A DNA stretch of 63,639 bases, the filler included, from Phoronis australis (lineage: Eukaryota > Animalia > Phoronida), in the NCBI GenBank assembly GCA_002633005.1. It is 10 parts of 10 records of this genome, joined end to end, with 100 filler letters (N's around TTAATTAATTAA, not from the genome) between each part and the next. Parts side by side here need not be neighbours in the genome. Positions count along the whole stretch, not along the records: positions 49,632 to 54,989 come from NMRA01000307.1; positions 55,090 to 57,963 come from NMRA01003355.1; positions 58,064 to 61,519 come from NMRA01003011.1; positions 61,620 to 63,639 come from NMRA01000584.1; 6 more parts are not named here. One strand, written 5' to 3'. Position 1 is the first letter of the stretch. Each line of letters starts with the position of its first letter. A model generated the notes under the pieces. That model did no database searches and was not told where the DNA came from. It saw nothing but the letters and a program-made list of their open reading frames with translations. Below are positions 52,028 through 63,037 of the stretch, piece by piece. The translations under genes and the position numbers were made by a program.

Positions 52028-54880
52028 TTTGTCTTGTAAAATAAGGTTTTAAATGAAGTGTAGAAGACGTGCAGTAAATCTTTACTTATTTTGCACAAAA
52101 ATAATTCCAAAATTGTCATTTCAAAGGCTTCTTACCATTGAGTTTCAGCAAATGTTGCTGCTTGACATCTTCACTCTAAAATCCATGCTTGTTATTGACT
52201 GAAAATATGTTCTTAATCTTTACTTTTGTGGCGAAATTTGACAAAATAGAATTTCATCAGTCGGCCATCTTGTGTGCCAAATAAGTGTGAATTTTCCATG
52301 TGGGTTGCATTCTGGCGCAAAACACGGCTACCGGTAAAGCACAGAGTATTATACAAGTACAAGTGTTAGTTTGCAAACAAAATGTCTCCAAGTTACCTGG
52401 CATGATGTTTGAATGGCTATCACTTGTAATTTATGATCAAACTAGAGCAGGTTACTGGAAATGATTTCAGTCAGAATGATGAGTCATGATGGCTTTGCAG
52501 GCATATTTTGGAGCAAGTGGTAAAATTAGAGTTGAAATGACAGATAAATGTTTTGTCTGATTACTTTTAGTGTGTCCGTACTATGAAATGTGGCTACTAT
52601 GTGGTGCAGTGATCAGGTGACATGTGGTATTTGTAGCATCCTGTGGAAAATGATGTTAACAACAGTGAAATGCATCATGATTTAAATAGTTTGTTATACG
52701 GTGTCATGTGATGGAGTTTGGAGAACATGTGGAGTGAGTTAGTATTGGATGCAGTGTAGTTGGTTGTTTCATAAGGTGAAATATTATCATCACACTTATG
52801 TTTTGAAGGACTTGGTCAGGTGATATGACCAGATGTGGTTGAAAGGCATCTATGTCTGTTGTATTCAGTAACAGAGAGTAGTGATTGAGTGGCATCTATG
52901 TCTAAGGTGTATTCAGTAACAATTAAGGAGTAATGGTTGTTATTGATGTAACCTTATGTCAGATTCTTTCATTAACTATGGTTTAAGGTAGTGTCCTTGA
53001 AAGGGCTTGGCAGTAAAATGTAAATCTTTTTCATGAAGCTGATCCGACTTGTACATAAAGTGTAAATATATAAGTTTTGTAATGAAGGAATCCTTCCTCA
53101 GTTCCATTTTAATTAGAAAGATATGTCTTACCTAACTAAAAACATTTTTAGGTCAAAACATTTACCACTCTGACAGATTTTTGAAACATGCACAGTTACC
53201 AAAAATGCGGTATGGGCGTAATTTTTGACAATTTTGCCAAAATTCTCACATGGGTGCACTTTTGAGTGGACCTGTTTTCGGAAATTGCTGGCATATGTAA
53301 AAACGACCCAAAGCACATGGCAGCAAGAAATCCAATATTATTATATATTAAAATATTTAAAAAGATAATTTTCTCTTTGCATCCAGGAATAACTTGTAAT
53401 ACAAATTCCTGGGATGGAATTCTGAAAACGGGTAAGGTCGGCCAATCACTGGAAATTAACATAACAAAAATGAAGTAATTGAAAGCAGATTTTAAAGAAA
53501 ACTACTCTGACAAGAAGTAATGCCTCGAACTATACATTTCAACGGTAAATCTAAATCGATCTGCAAACTCTCGAAGTCAAAAGACCACGGAGACACTGAC
53601 ACTCAATAGCCGTATTTTTTTGATCTACAGCTACGCCGAACATCAATAATAAAAAGCGAAATGGACAATTCAGAAGTTCAAGGCAGCAATGTTGTCCTTG
53701 ATTTTGGAATCCTGCTTAATCTCAAGTTCGCTTATGTGTGAATTTGAAATGTTCGAGGAAACTTGGCAAGTTGTCTCAGTAGCGTTCACATTTGATAAAA
53801 TTTTGAACTTCACTAAAGCAAATTACATGCTGAAAAGATAATGCAATTTTTAACCAGCCTTTATCGACTTTTCCACTATTGGCGATCTTGCTTGTTCACC
53901 AAATAATTGATCTTAACCAATCACACAGTCCACCGATTCTGTGACACGAGTTCCGGTAACGAAGAAAGTGGATGATCGTGAAGCCAATAATTAATTGTGT
54001 TCCTTATGAATATTCCAGCAGCAAGTCTTCTACAGTAGTGTTTACGTTTGGACGATAAAAACCGCTTATGAACCCGGGCTTTCTGTCGAAAAAACGTGTT
54101 CACTTAAATCACTTGCTGTTATGAAATTGAACCCAAATTGTTTTTGAATCCGCCAACTTGAATAATCGTGATTTTCCCAGTAGTTGGAAAGAGCTTGCAG
54201 TTTGTTATTTATACAGATCGAGATCATAAATGTTCAGGTCATGCCATGACCTGAAATTCTATAAGCTTTGTCTGAACAAATGATGCACTGTCAGGTCTTC
54301 CAGAGCGCTCAGAGACCATTTCTAACCTGAGCAAGGAATATGACCAATTTCATAGCGCTTAACTACGAATGAAGTGGCCTAATCTAGTTTTTGACAAGAT
54401 GCACGTCTTTTTTAAACTGGTTTCAGAAAAAAACTAGGAGGTTGCACATTTGTTTTGTGAAAACAATGTTAAAAGTGGGGGATAAACACATGACAGCGAT
54501 ATCCTTATTTAGATCCCTAGTGGGATTTAGAGAAAATTATTACTCAAGGGGCGCCCTGCACAAAAGGGTGACAATGGGTAAATATTTCAAAATGGGACTG
54601 ACATCGAATTGCCAACTGGCACGATGTAGGGTAAAAGCACACACGAAAAAAATAAACCGTTAAAACGGCACATTCATTTTACCGTGGGGCTGGAGAAACC
54701 TGTGGAAAACTCTGTACCATTGATGCATGGACATGTCACCTCTCCTTGACACGACCATTTCTCGGACAGGTGGGGAACATGCACTCAATGAGATCATGAA
54801 GCTGGCAGCGGTCACCGTCGGCTACAGGCCGGGGCCGCACACCGCGGATAGCCCTCGCTACTACCTTCTGCCGAACCCGG

Positions 54881-54989
54881 CCGGCGTAGCACTTAGGCGG
54901 GCCTCAGCCACCGAAGCTGCCGGAGGCAGCGCAGGCAGGCTCCGGCGTAGCACTTAGGCGGGCCTCAGCCACCGAAGCTGCCGGAGGCA
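54881..54989. repeat. GC-rich 61-bp-period tandem repeat, cut by the contig end
   Basis: CCGGCGTAGCACTTAGGCGGGCCTCAGCCACCGAAGCTGCCGGAGGCA at 54881 and 54942. Confidence 0.85.
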
Positions 54990-55089
54990 NNNNNNNNNNN
55001 NNNNNNNNNNNNNNNNNNNNNNNNNNNNNNNNNTTAATTAATTAANNNNNNNNNNNNNNNNNNNNNNNNNNNNNNNNNNNNNNNNNNNN
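54990..55089. other. artificial contig spacer
   Basis: N44-TTAATTAATTAA-N44. Confidence 0.97.
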
Positions 55090-56651
55090 CAGATATTCGT
55101 CGATAACGTCCTACCTTCTTCATGCATGAAGGCCATTGTTTAATTTAAGGTTACGAACATAAGAATGTTTGTTAAACGACCACGTTCGGATTATAGGGGT
55201 GGAGTGACGACAAGAATTATGGTCCGTGGCCGAACTGGGGCTCTAAGGGTTCTCATTATCTCAGTGGTGAGCAGGCGTTAACAGTCGTGCCATTAAAGGG
55301 ACTTTCTCCACCAAGAATAAGAAGCAATGTTCGAAATGGTTTAATTTCTGTGCGTCGCGTCACTGTATAAGTTTGGATACTATGTCATAATCTGCTCACT
55401 AAAACGGATTTTCACTATCTTGTAAATTGAAAATTCCTTTTGTAATCTTTTACTGAGAGAGTTGGTAGTTTGATTTTTAAGTGCCTTACATGAACTAAGT
55501 AAACGTAGAATTAAATCTTGTTCCTGCATTCATTTTCATTGAAATAAGCATTGCTTGTTTGCAGCATTAGAATGTAGAAAAATGCGATGGCTTATGAAAA
55601 GCTAGTATTTGTGTGCTTGGTAAAGACCACATCAAAAACGTTTTGCAACCATTTTAATTGGAATCAACGCTAGACACCTAGACCCATGTTACACACATGC
55701 ATAATTACTGAAAGGTAACACTGATATTAGAATGAAATAAAGATTTATAAGAATTACGCTACTATCGAAAAACACGGCGGCTGCAGCTTCTTTGTAAATT
55801 TACCAATGATTTTCTCCAATGTAGAAGTATTTTTTCATCACAAACAGCAATATGTCCTACTAATTGATTTATGTAATAAGAAAAACATCAAAACATTGAA
55901 TATTAATACATCGTTGTCGTGAAATTGTGTGTAATCGTGTTTTACATGTGTAATATCGTAGAGTAAAGGATAACGTTTTATACATTGTCATAATCGTGGT
56001 TTTGAGGTTCATATACACATAATTTGATAACTGAATTTTTACGTCGACACGCCAAGCCAACAGAAGACTTTTACACTTGTAGTCACTTAGATAATGAATT
56101 TAAGGCAAAACGCAACAGTAGGGAACATTGTGACCTAGTTCATCACTTTTAACCGTTAATTCGGCCTCGGTGAATCACCAAACCTCGCCAAGGGCCACTA
56201 AACACAGCTTGGCTAACTGCAAATTGAACTATTGCAAGCTCCGCCCAGTCAGGTAATGTGTTATACAAACTATAAGTTTTACCCGGCAACCTGTTGTTTG
56301 TCAGGTAAAATGGCGGTGTGTCGAGTGACGAGTTCTAATTGGTCAGTTATGCCGTCACTCACAATCCTGGCGATAGGTCAATAACAACGCTGACTATATA
56401 ATCTGTCTACCTACATTTGAGTTAACATTCCTATTCGAATATGACGCCAACGACATTTCAACCTGTACTCTTTCCACAATCGAAAGACTACAGAAAGTAC
56501 AAAACTGGCCGCTGAGAATTGCTCTCGGACAGCCCAGATATTCCCGAACTGACACGCTACACGAGCTCGCCGGAATGCAGACGTCTCCGATAGGCTGTGC
56601 AGTCACTCCGCGAAGCTACGCTACGCCGCATTTCCGAGACAAACCTATTCC

Positions 56652-57038
56652 AGGAGCACTTAAGGGTCCTGGCCCTGCTCAACTGGTAAAAACTGTCCCG
56701 ACGGGGCAGTATAAAGACAAGTGTCGTGACAACCACGTACCGGAGCACTAAGGGTTCGGGCCCTGCGCTTCTGGTAACTGTTCCGAAGGGGCGACGGGGC
56801 AGTATAAATACAACCAAATTTCGTGACAACCTGCTACCGGAGCACTAAGGGTTCGGGCCCTGNCGCTACTGGTAACTGTTCCGAAGGGGGCGACGGGGCA
56901 GTATAAATACAACCAAATTTCGTGACAACCTGCTACCGGAGCACTAAGGGTTCGGGCCCTGTGCCACTGGTAACTGTTCCGAAGGGGCGTCGGGGCAGTA
57001 TAAAAAAAAACTGTCCCGGCGGGGCAGTATAAAGACAA
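56652..57038 (+). repeat. ~98-bp tandem array containing five copies of GGGGCAGTATAAA
   Basis: CCGGAGCACTAAGGGTTCGGGCCCTG at 56740, 56837 and 56936. TATAAA at 56710, 56803, 56902, 56999 and 57028. Confidence 0.9.
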
Positions 57039-57307
57039 GCAATCAGTAGCATGACAGCTGTTGCCATCAAGCCGGCTTCATGTGAATCAAACCTCTACGA
57101 TGTCAATAACGCTGTTGCCATCCAGCCAGCGTCTCGTCTCCAGAAGAACATCAAGAGCACCACCTCTACCACCACCGGCCTACCAGGTCCTGCCTTCGAT
57201 CCGCGTCCACACCAACCCAGCAAGGACAGAAGGCGAGATCCTCCGATCTCGCGAAGCTGTCTGCTTCTACTACTACTGAGTTAACATTCACCTTCGTTCT
57301 CGCCACG

Positions 57308-57574
57308 ATGGACGATCCTACACTTGATGAACAACTTTACAACGCTCAAACAAAATTCTTGAAAGCAGCAGAACAAGTCGAAGTATTGGATCGAGAGCTG
57401 CGAGATATTGACATACGCTACGAGAGGGTTCTGAAAAATGGAATTCAGCTTCACCGACGCATGATGATCACGCATGGACTGCGCGACATGTTTTACCACT
57501 ACGGTAAACGGAAGGCCCACCTGTCTCTTTCCCTTCTTCGTCTTAAGGGTTTAGGAGATCGCATGTATGAATGA
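57308..57574 (+). CDS. intronless 88-aa ORF, probably helical or coiled-coil, function unknown
   Basis: GCCACGATGG has a purine at -3 and G at +4. Heptad-like LYNAQTKFLKAAEQVEVLDRELRDIDIRY, then GLRDMFYHYG. Confidence 0.5.
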   Translation: MDDPTLDEQLYNAQTKFLKAAEQVEVLDRELRDIDIRYERVLKNGIQLHRRMMITHGLRDMFYHYGKRKAHLSLSLLRLKGLGDRMYE

Positions 57575-57963
57575 GTAATTCAGACATACACCAAAAACAG
57601 CCTTTTAAGGGTTAACCAAATGTTCCAAAAGGAACTGTTCGCTTTGTATCATTTATTTTTAATGGATCCGGGAACTTGACGACTCACCTATGACAAAAAC
57701 TGCGTAGTGATATGACACATCGCGACTTTTCATTTCGCCCGAATGTTAAAGAAAAGCAAAATATTTAAACTGAACATGTAACAGCCCTTTAAACCCGTAC
57801 TGCACTTCTATTAACAAATTCACGTATTTGTTTATTATTCAAGTAAGCAGATTATGATTAAATAATAAGTTTAAAATTTAAAGATACCAGGGCCCGGTCT
57901 CCAATCTCCGTACTCAGACTCATACTCATACTCGAGATTTCATACTCAAAATCGTGCTCACTG

Positions 57964-58063
57964 NNNNNNNNNNNNNNNNNNNNNNNNNNNNNNNNNNNNN
58001 NNNNNNNTTAATTAATTAANNNNNNNNNNNNNNNNNNNNNNNNNNNNNNNNNNNNNNNNNNNN
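57964..58063. other. artificial contig spacer
   Basis: N44-TTAATTAATTAA-N44. Confidence 0.97.
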
Positions 58064-58612
58064 CAAAAGCTAAAATGTCTAAGTACCAGTCAGTGTGTCA
58101 GAACATTATCTGTGCTAATATATCTGTTTCATGTCGAAACATAAAGTGTGGGAATAGTCTTAAACATCATCATCAAAAGCTGAAATTGCTGTAAGTACCA
58201 GTTGGTGTGTCAGAATGCTATCCGTGGTAATTTGTCTGTATCATATCGAACTATAATGCATCTTCATATCTATGTTATTACTAATACAGGGGATTTACTA
58301 ATGCCTTAGGTTGTATAGCTTACATATAGTCTATTTCTTCAACCTTTTGAACTAATACTGTTTATCCTAGTATACACTTTTTTTACGCAGTCACCATTTA
58401 AAAGTGGGCCTCTTTTTAGGTTTTAAAAACAATACATTCTGCGCTTAATTACAGCGCAAAGTGTGATTTTTTTTGCGTGCCTCGTCATATTTATGTCTCG
58501 AGTGCATTGTTTTTAAACCCAAAAAGAGGTTCACTTCTGAAATGGCGACTGCGTGAATAAGGTGTATAGCCAGTTTGCTTTCTTTGTCTATGTATGTCAC
58601 GTGACATTTCAG

Positions 58613-58757
58613 TCAAGCGGACCGCAGATGACACGACTTCAGAGAGCGACAAGAAGAAGCCTCGTCTGGAGACGGAGCAGGTGCAGCGAGACAAAGAACG
58701 ACTGGCGGCCAAACTTGACGCTCGCAAGAGTACATCGCTTATACCCGACACCATCAA
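58613..58757 (+). CDS. CDC73: CDC73/parafibromin (PAF1 complex) internal exon
   Basis: TTTCAG acceptor, AA|GTAGGT donor; VKRTADDTTSESDKKKPRLETEQVQRDKERLAAKLDARK. Confidence 0.9.
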
Positions 58758-58835
58758 GTAGGTCACGTGATAATAACATCGGTTATCCATTCAGCATGCA
58801 AAACTTCAAAAACCTGGAAAATGACAATTAGCATA

Positions 58836-59185
58836 CAGGGTGTCCCAAAATGTGTACTCACACTTCAGGCGTGAGATCCCATTCAACTTTCATGGTTTGT
58901 CTTGCTATGATAGTTGGTAAGTGAAATGTCACGCTCTGTATTAACACGGATTGCATATGACTTGATTTTGGAGCATGAAAATTCATCGTGTAATGCTACT
59001 GGAAAGTAAAAAACATCAAGGAAGTACAAACACAATAAATCTTTTTTCCAAATCAATAAGCAATACATTTATTTTGGTTTAAAGTCACAGTTATTTCCTT
59101 TTGGTGAATTAAAATCAGTAGTATTGTTCCTAAGTCTACTGTCATTTGAAGATTTGAAGTGTTAATACATTTTTGGGACACCCTG
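58836..59185. mobile_element. Tc1/mariner-type MITE in a CDC73 intron
   Basis: TA|CAGGGTGTCCCAAAA ... TTTTGGGACACCCTG|TA; 350 bp with a TA TSD. Confidence 0.9.
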
Positions 59186-59958
59186 TATTTTCTGAGCATG
59201 GGAAAATCAGAAAATGAAAAAGATGTAAACTCATGGAAACTTCAAAATTGGAATAATAATTTTGCGATTTATAACGCGAGTTCATGCATTCAATTGTGCC
59301 TGAGAACAATCACGGTATTAGGCAGCATTTGAAGTGTGGACAAAGTGCTACAAGCGACGGCCTCCATATCATGTGCAATGCTATAATCCAGACACATACA
59401 AGCATTTAGTCTAATGGTGTTAGATATATTTTATCATGGTCTGTTTGCACATCTTTGATGATCTTCATCTGATGTCTGTACATGTTGACTTTCTGTTGAT
59501 TTTGCCGCCGCCAAATTATCAGCCACCTCCCAGAGCAACAAATTAAAATAAAAAGAGGCAAAAATGGGCTCGTGATGCACAGAAAACATGAAATATAGAT
59601 CCCAAAATACAGTCTCGCCTTCCCAAACATGCGCAAGTGAAAAGGAAAATGTCAAAAACAGGCTCGGGATGCACAGGAGTGGCACCAGATATCAAATATA
59701 GCAACAACTAATATTCAACGAAACACAAGTGGAAACGAGGCCCATCTACCAAGTTGTTCATATTCACAGTTTCAGAAATGACATGTTTCCATTTGAAAAT
59801 ACTATAACATCTCCTTGCTAAAAAGTTCAATTGAAGGAGTAAGGTTTCTAATTCTTTGGTTTTAAATGTAATAGTTTCCCAAACACATTGGTCAAAAGCT
59901 TGATACAGTTGTCTGTGTTTGAAAGAATGGGACTTTCCATTGTGTAACTACTCCCTTG

Positions 59959-60104
59959 GCAGCGCCATCTATCACTTGCTTTGCCTTGTAGAACTTCCTC
60001 CCTGTCTGTGGCTATGTCTGTGGAAAAGATTGCAGCGCCATCTATCACTTGCTTTGCCTTGTAGAACTTCCTCCCTGTCTGAGGCTATGTCTGTGGAAAA
60101 GATT
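59959..60104 (+). repeat. 73-bp tandem duplication spanning the CDC73 splice acceptor
   Basis: Copies at 59959-60031 and 60032-60104 differ at one base (GTG vs GAG). Confidence 0.92.
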
Positions 60105-60287
60105 GCTGCTATCAAGGCTAAGCGTATGGCTATCAAACGAGCGACCATCAAGGGAGCCGACGACGTGGAGAAGGGAATGCTGGAACAGAGAAGCTTCGTG
60201 GATGCAGAGGTGGATGTGACTAGGGATATAGTGAGTCGGGAGAGGCTGTGGCGAACACGTACGACGATATTACAGAGTGCTGGCAAG
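60065..60287 (+). CDS. CDC73: CDC73 internal exon
   Basis: TTGTAG acceptor, phase-2 join; [20 protein letters not shown]...[33 protein letters not shown] then GTGAGA donor. Confidence 0.95.
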
Positions 60288-60596
60288 GTGAGAGGGCAGG
60301 GCGTAGATGAAGGGCGATATGGTGTGCCTGGAGAGAATATCACAGACATGCACCGCAATATTACAGGGTGCTGGCCAGACACTCACCACGATAGTAAAGA
60401 GTTCTGGCATATTACAGTACGTGGGATGGGATTGATTTAGATATTAGGTACTGTGATCTAGGAGAGACTGTGGGCGACACGTTCCATTTAAGAACCCATC
60501 AGAGTGGATCAAATCTTATTCTTGTTTTAAGACTGTTGACAAACAATTTGACCTTTGAACTTCATTTTTTGACTAATTTATGCTTTTCTCTTCCAG

Positions 60597-60695
60597 CAAT
60601 TTGCCAAAAATGTATTTGGTATCCTACAGTCCATACGAGCTCGTGAGGAGGGTCGTGACACTCGACCTCATCATGCCCCCAACACTCCTGTCACG
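60597..60695 (+). CDS. CDC73: CDC73 internal exon (99 bp)
   Basis: Branch-point-like GACTAAT, TTCCAG acceptor, GTGAGT donor; QFAKNVFGILQSIRAREEGRDTRPHHAPNTPVT. Confidence 0.92.
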
Positions 60696-60949
60696 GTGAG
60701 TTGTCCAGCTGTTTGTACTGTTCGCTGGCCTGTCGTCTTCAAGTCTCATTGCCTGAGGCAGTTGTGGTTGTTTAACTCTCAAAACCAGACACAAATACTG
60801 TACTCTCAAAACCAGACAAACACTGCACCAGCTGCTCATCCTTGTCGACAAAAGTGCTAATGCAATTCAAGATCCCATTGTAAAGTTATTATTTTCCCTT
60901 TCGATCCACAAACGACGAAAGGTACCACGTGACTTGTACTTATTCATTA

Positions 60950-61119
60950 TTACTAGCGATCATTTTTACTTGCGATTCATTTTACTAGTGATCAATTTAC
61001 GAGCGATCATTTTTACTAGTGATCATTTTTACTAGCAATCATTTTTACTAGCGATCATTTTTACTAGCGATCATTTTTACTAGCGATCATATTTACTAGC
61101 GATCATATTTACTAGCGAT
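60950..61119. repeat. 16-bp minisatellite, ~10 copies, in a CDC73 intron
   Basis: ACTAGCGATCATTTTT units, e.g. at 61031, 61047, 61063 and 61079. Confidence 0.92.
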
Positions 61120-61437
61120 TTTTGCGTGGCAGTGAAGTTTCCCCTTCATGATTAGGTGTGTGGTGGTCAATTTGAGTAAGATTTACGAGTGGTGGGGCCA
61201 AAAAGGAGTGTGGCGGGTCGCCCAGAAGTTTACACGCAGGGGAAACCCTGAAACGTTTAGTATTCAGGGTGGGAACCAGCCTGTTACCTTACCTGTGTAG
61301 CTCGGCTCACTCAGTAATATACATTATTGTAATTCATTCTTCTGAAGTCTATAAAATACTTCTGAACTTGGTAATGAACTGGGTCTTAGCTGCAAATCGC
61401 GATATTGCTGCATTGGTCCAACCTGTTGAATTTCCAG

Positions 61438-61507
61438 GTCCAGCCCAAGCCCGTATCAAACATACCCTATAACAGATACAACCAGGAACAGTTCCCCACC
61501 AAAGAAG
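61438..61507 (+). CDS. CDC73: CDC73 internal exon
   Basis: TTTCCAG acceptor, G|GTAAGT donor; VQPKPVSNIPYNRYNQEQFPTKE matches the conserved YNRYDQERF motif. Confidence 0.88.
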
Positions 61508-61519
61508 GTAAGTAGCNGT

Positions 61520-61619
61520 NNNNNNNNNNNNNNNNNNNNNNNNNNNNNNNNNNNNNNNNNNNNTTAATTAATTAANNNNNNNNNNNNNNNNNNNNNNNNN
61601 NNNNNNNNNNNNNNNNNNN
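61520..61619. other. artificial contig spacer
   Basis: N44-TTAATTAATTAA-N44. Confidence 0.97.
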
Positions 61620-61820
61620 TCAACAATGACGTCCACCGGTGGATCGCTGGTGGTCCCCCTAGCCGCGCACTCTACGGGTGCTGTACTGCCCGCGCTATTT
61701 TCAGCGAACAGCTGGCACAGACTCTCCAGCGTGTTGGCCTCGTCCGGGGCTGAAGTCAAGGGCTGGTTTACGCTACAGTCGGACGAGGTTGGGGGAACGC
61801 TGCTGGCTTGCGATTTGTGT

Positions 61821-61879
61821 GGGCTTGGAGTGCCATGGACCGGGGTTAAGCCCGAGACTCCGGTCCACTGTCGTTTTCC
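61821..61879 (-). promoter_or_regulatory. putative gag-pol -1 ribosomal frameshift signal (slippery heptamer plus H-type pseudoknot)
   Basis: Minus strand: G_GAA_AAC gaca GTGGACCGG agtctc GGGCTT aacc CCGGTCCAT ggcactcc AAGCCC. The -1 frame stays open to the contig end. Confidence 0.7.
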
Positions 61880-63037
61880 GAATGTTCGTCAAACTTCACA
61901 GTTCGAGTCCCTTCATTACATGTATAGAGCAGGGGGCAATCCCTTTTAATATGGTCCTTGCGCCCGCACGAAAAGCATGCGCCACTCGAGGGCGACCTCG
62001 AGGCAGAACGCGGAGAACGTGATTCGTTGTAGGTTCTACCTTTGTCACCCCGATCTCGGCCAGGCTTACTCCTGTCGCGGTCGCTAACAGCTAGGCGCGA
62101 CAGGACCTTTTCAATGGCCTCACTGAGACAGTCCTGGCTTTCGGCTAAAGAGCGACAGGACTCTTCCACCGCCAACATGCGCTGATCCATATCCCGCTCA
62201 GGGGGACCGTGGCGGCGCGCGGCCTGCGTGGGCGTGTCTCGTGCTTGGTTCACGGAGACGGGGGGTTCGCTAAATGGAGCAGCAGACCGACCATAAATCA
62301 CACTGTGTGTGTGCACAAACCATTTTAGGGCGTCCACAGCGGCCTCATACGACGTGGGCCGAATACTCGCTGCGTACATGCCCGCAGCTTTGTTGTGGCA
62401 CCCGTGACACAGCTTCGTAATCGCTTGCGTCTGAGCGTGGTGAGGGGAAACGTCATAAAACGCTTGGTTAGCCAGGGACAGGCAGCGGTCAGCCCAGTCA
62501 TCTAAAGACTCGGAACTGCCTTAGACTGCGCTTGAAAACTGCAGTTGCGCGGTTTCGGGTAGTTGGTTTCCCGCGAACCTGCGTTCCATCTTAACCGCTA
62601 TCGTAGTCAGCGAAACGTAAGGGGCATTGTCTGTTATAAGCGAAAAGTATTCGCTAGCTTTGCCCTCGAGGCAAAAACACAGCTGATCAACGCACTCTGC
62701 ATCCGTCATATCATTGGCTGCCAAAGTAGCGCTGAAATTTTTTGAAAAACGCCACCCAATTCCCACGGCCGTCAAAGGACATAGACTGCGGGGTGCTCGA
62801 GAAAGTGCGAGGAGGTGGCGTGGACCCTAGGCCCCGTGGGGAGCTGGCACAGCGGGGCGTGTCTAAAGAACGACGATGCGTACGGTGTTCGTGCGCAGCC
62901 GTATCTGGTGGCGTGTTGTAAAATGGCGGCGAGTCACGTGAATGTGGGGCGGGAGCCTTTGCAGGGGCCACACGTGACTCGCGGAAATGCTGCGGTTGGT
63001 CTTCCGGCCAGATATTACGTAAACCACGGAACGACAT
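61846..63037 (-). pseudogene. Ty3/Gypsy gag, disrupted by one frameshift and one stop
   Basis: SFDGRGNWVAFFKKFQRY, frameshift near 62724, LCFCLEGKASEYF...ERRF...ETAQLQFSSAV, stop at 62521-62523, ESLDDWADR, and the CCHC knuckle CFSCGRKDHIKRDC. Confidence 0.88.

Noticed and set aside
53500-54400. Degenerate transposase remnant
   Set aside because: Resemblance requires several assumed frameshifts; not supportable without a search.
55700-56400. Decayed viral-like ORF on the minus strand
   Set aside because: Coding-like stretches are broken by stops and match no family I recognise.
56740-57000. Self-cleaving ribozyme in the 98-bp repeat
   Set aside because: No hammerhead CUGANGA/GAAA core or twister/pistol consensus found on either strand.
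59919-60440. 173-aa ORF as a standalone gene
   Set aside because: It is a CDC73 exon read through flanking intron sequence.
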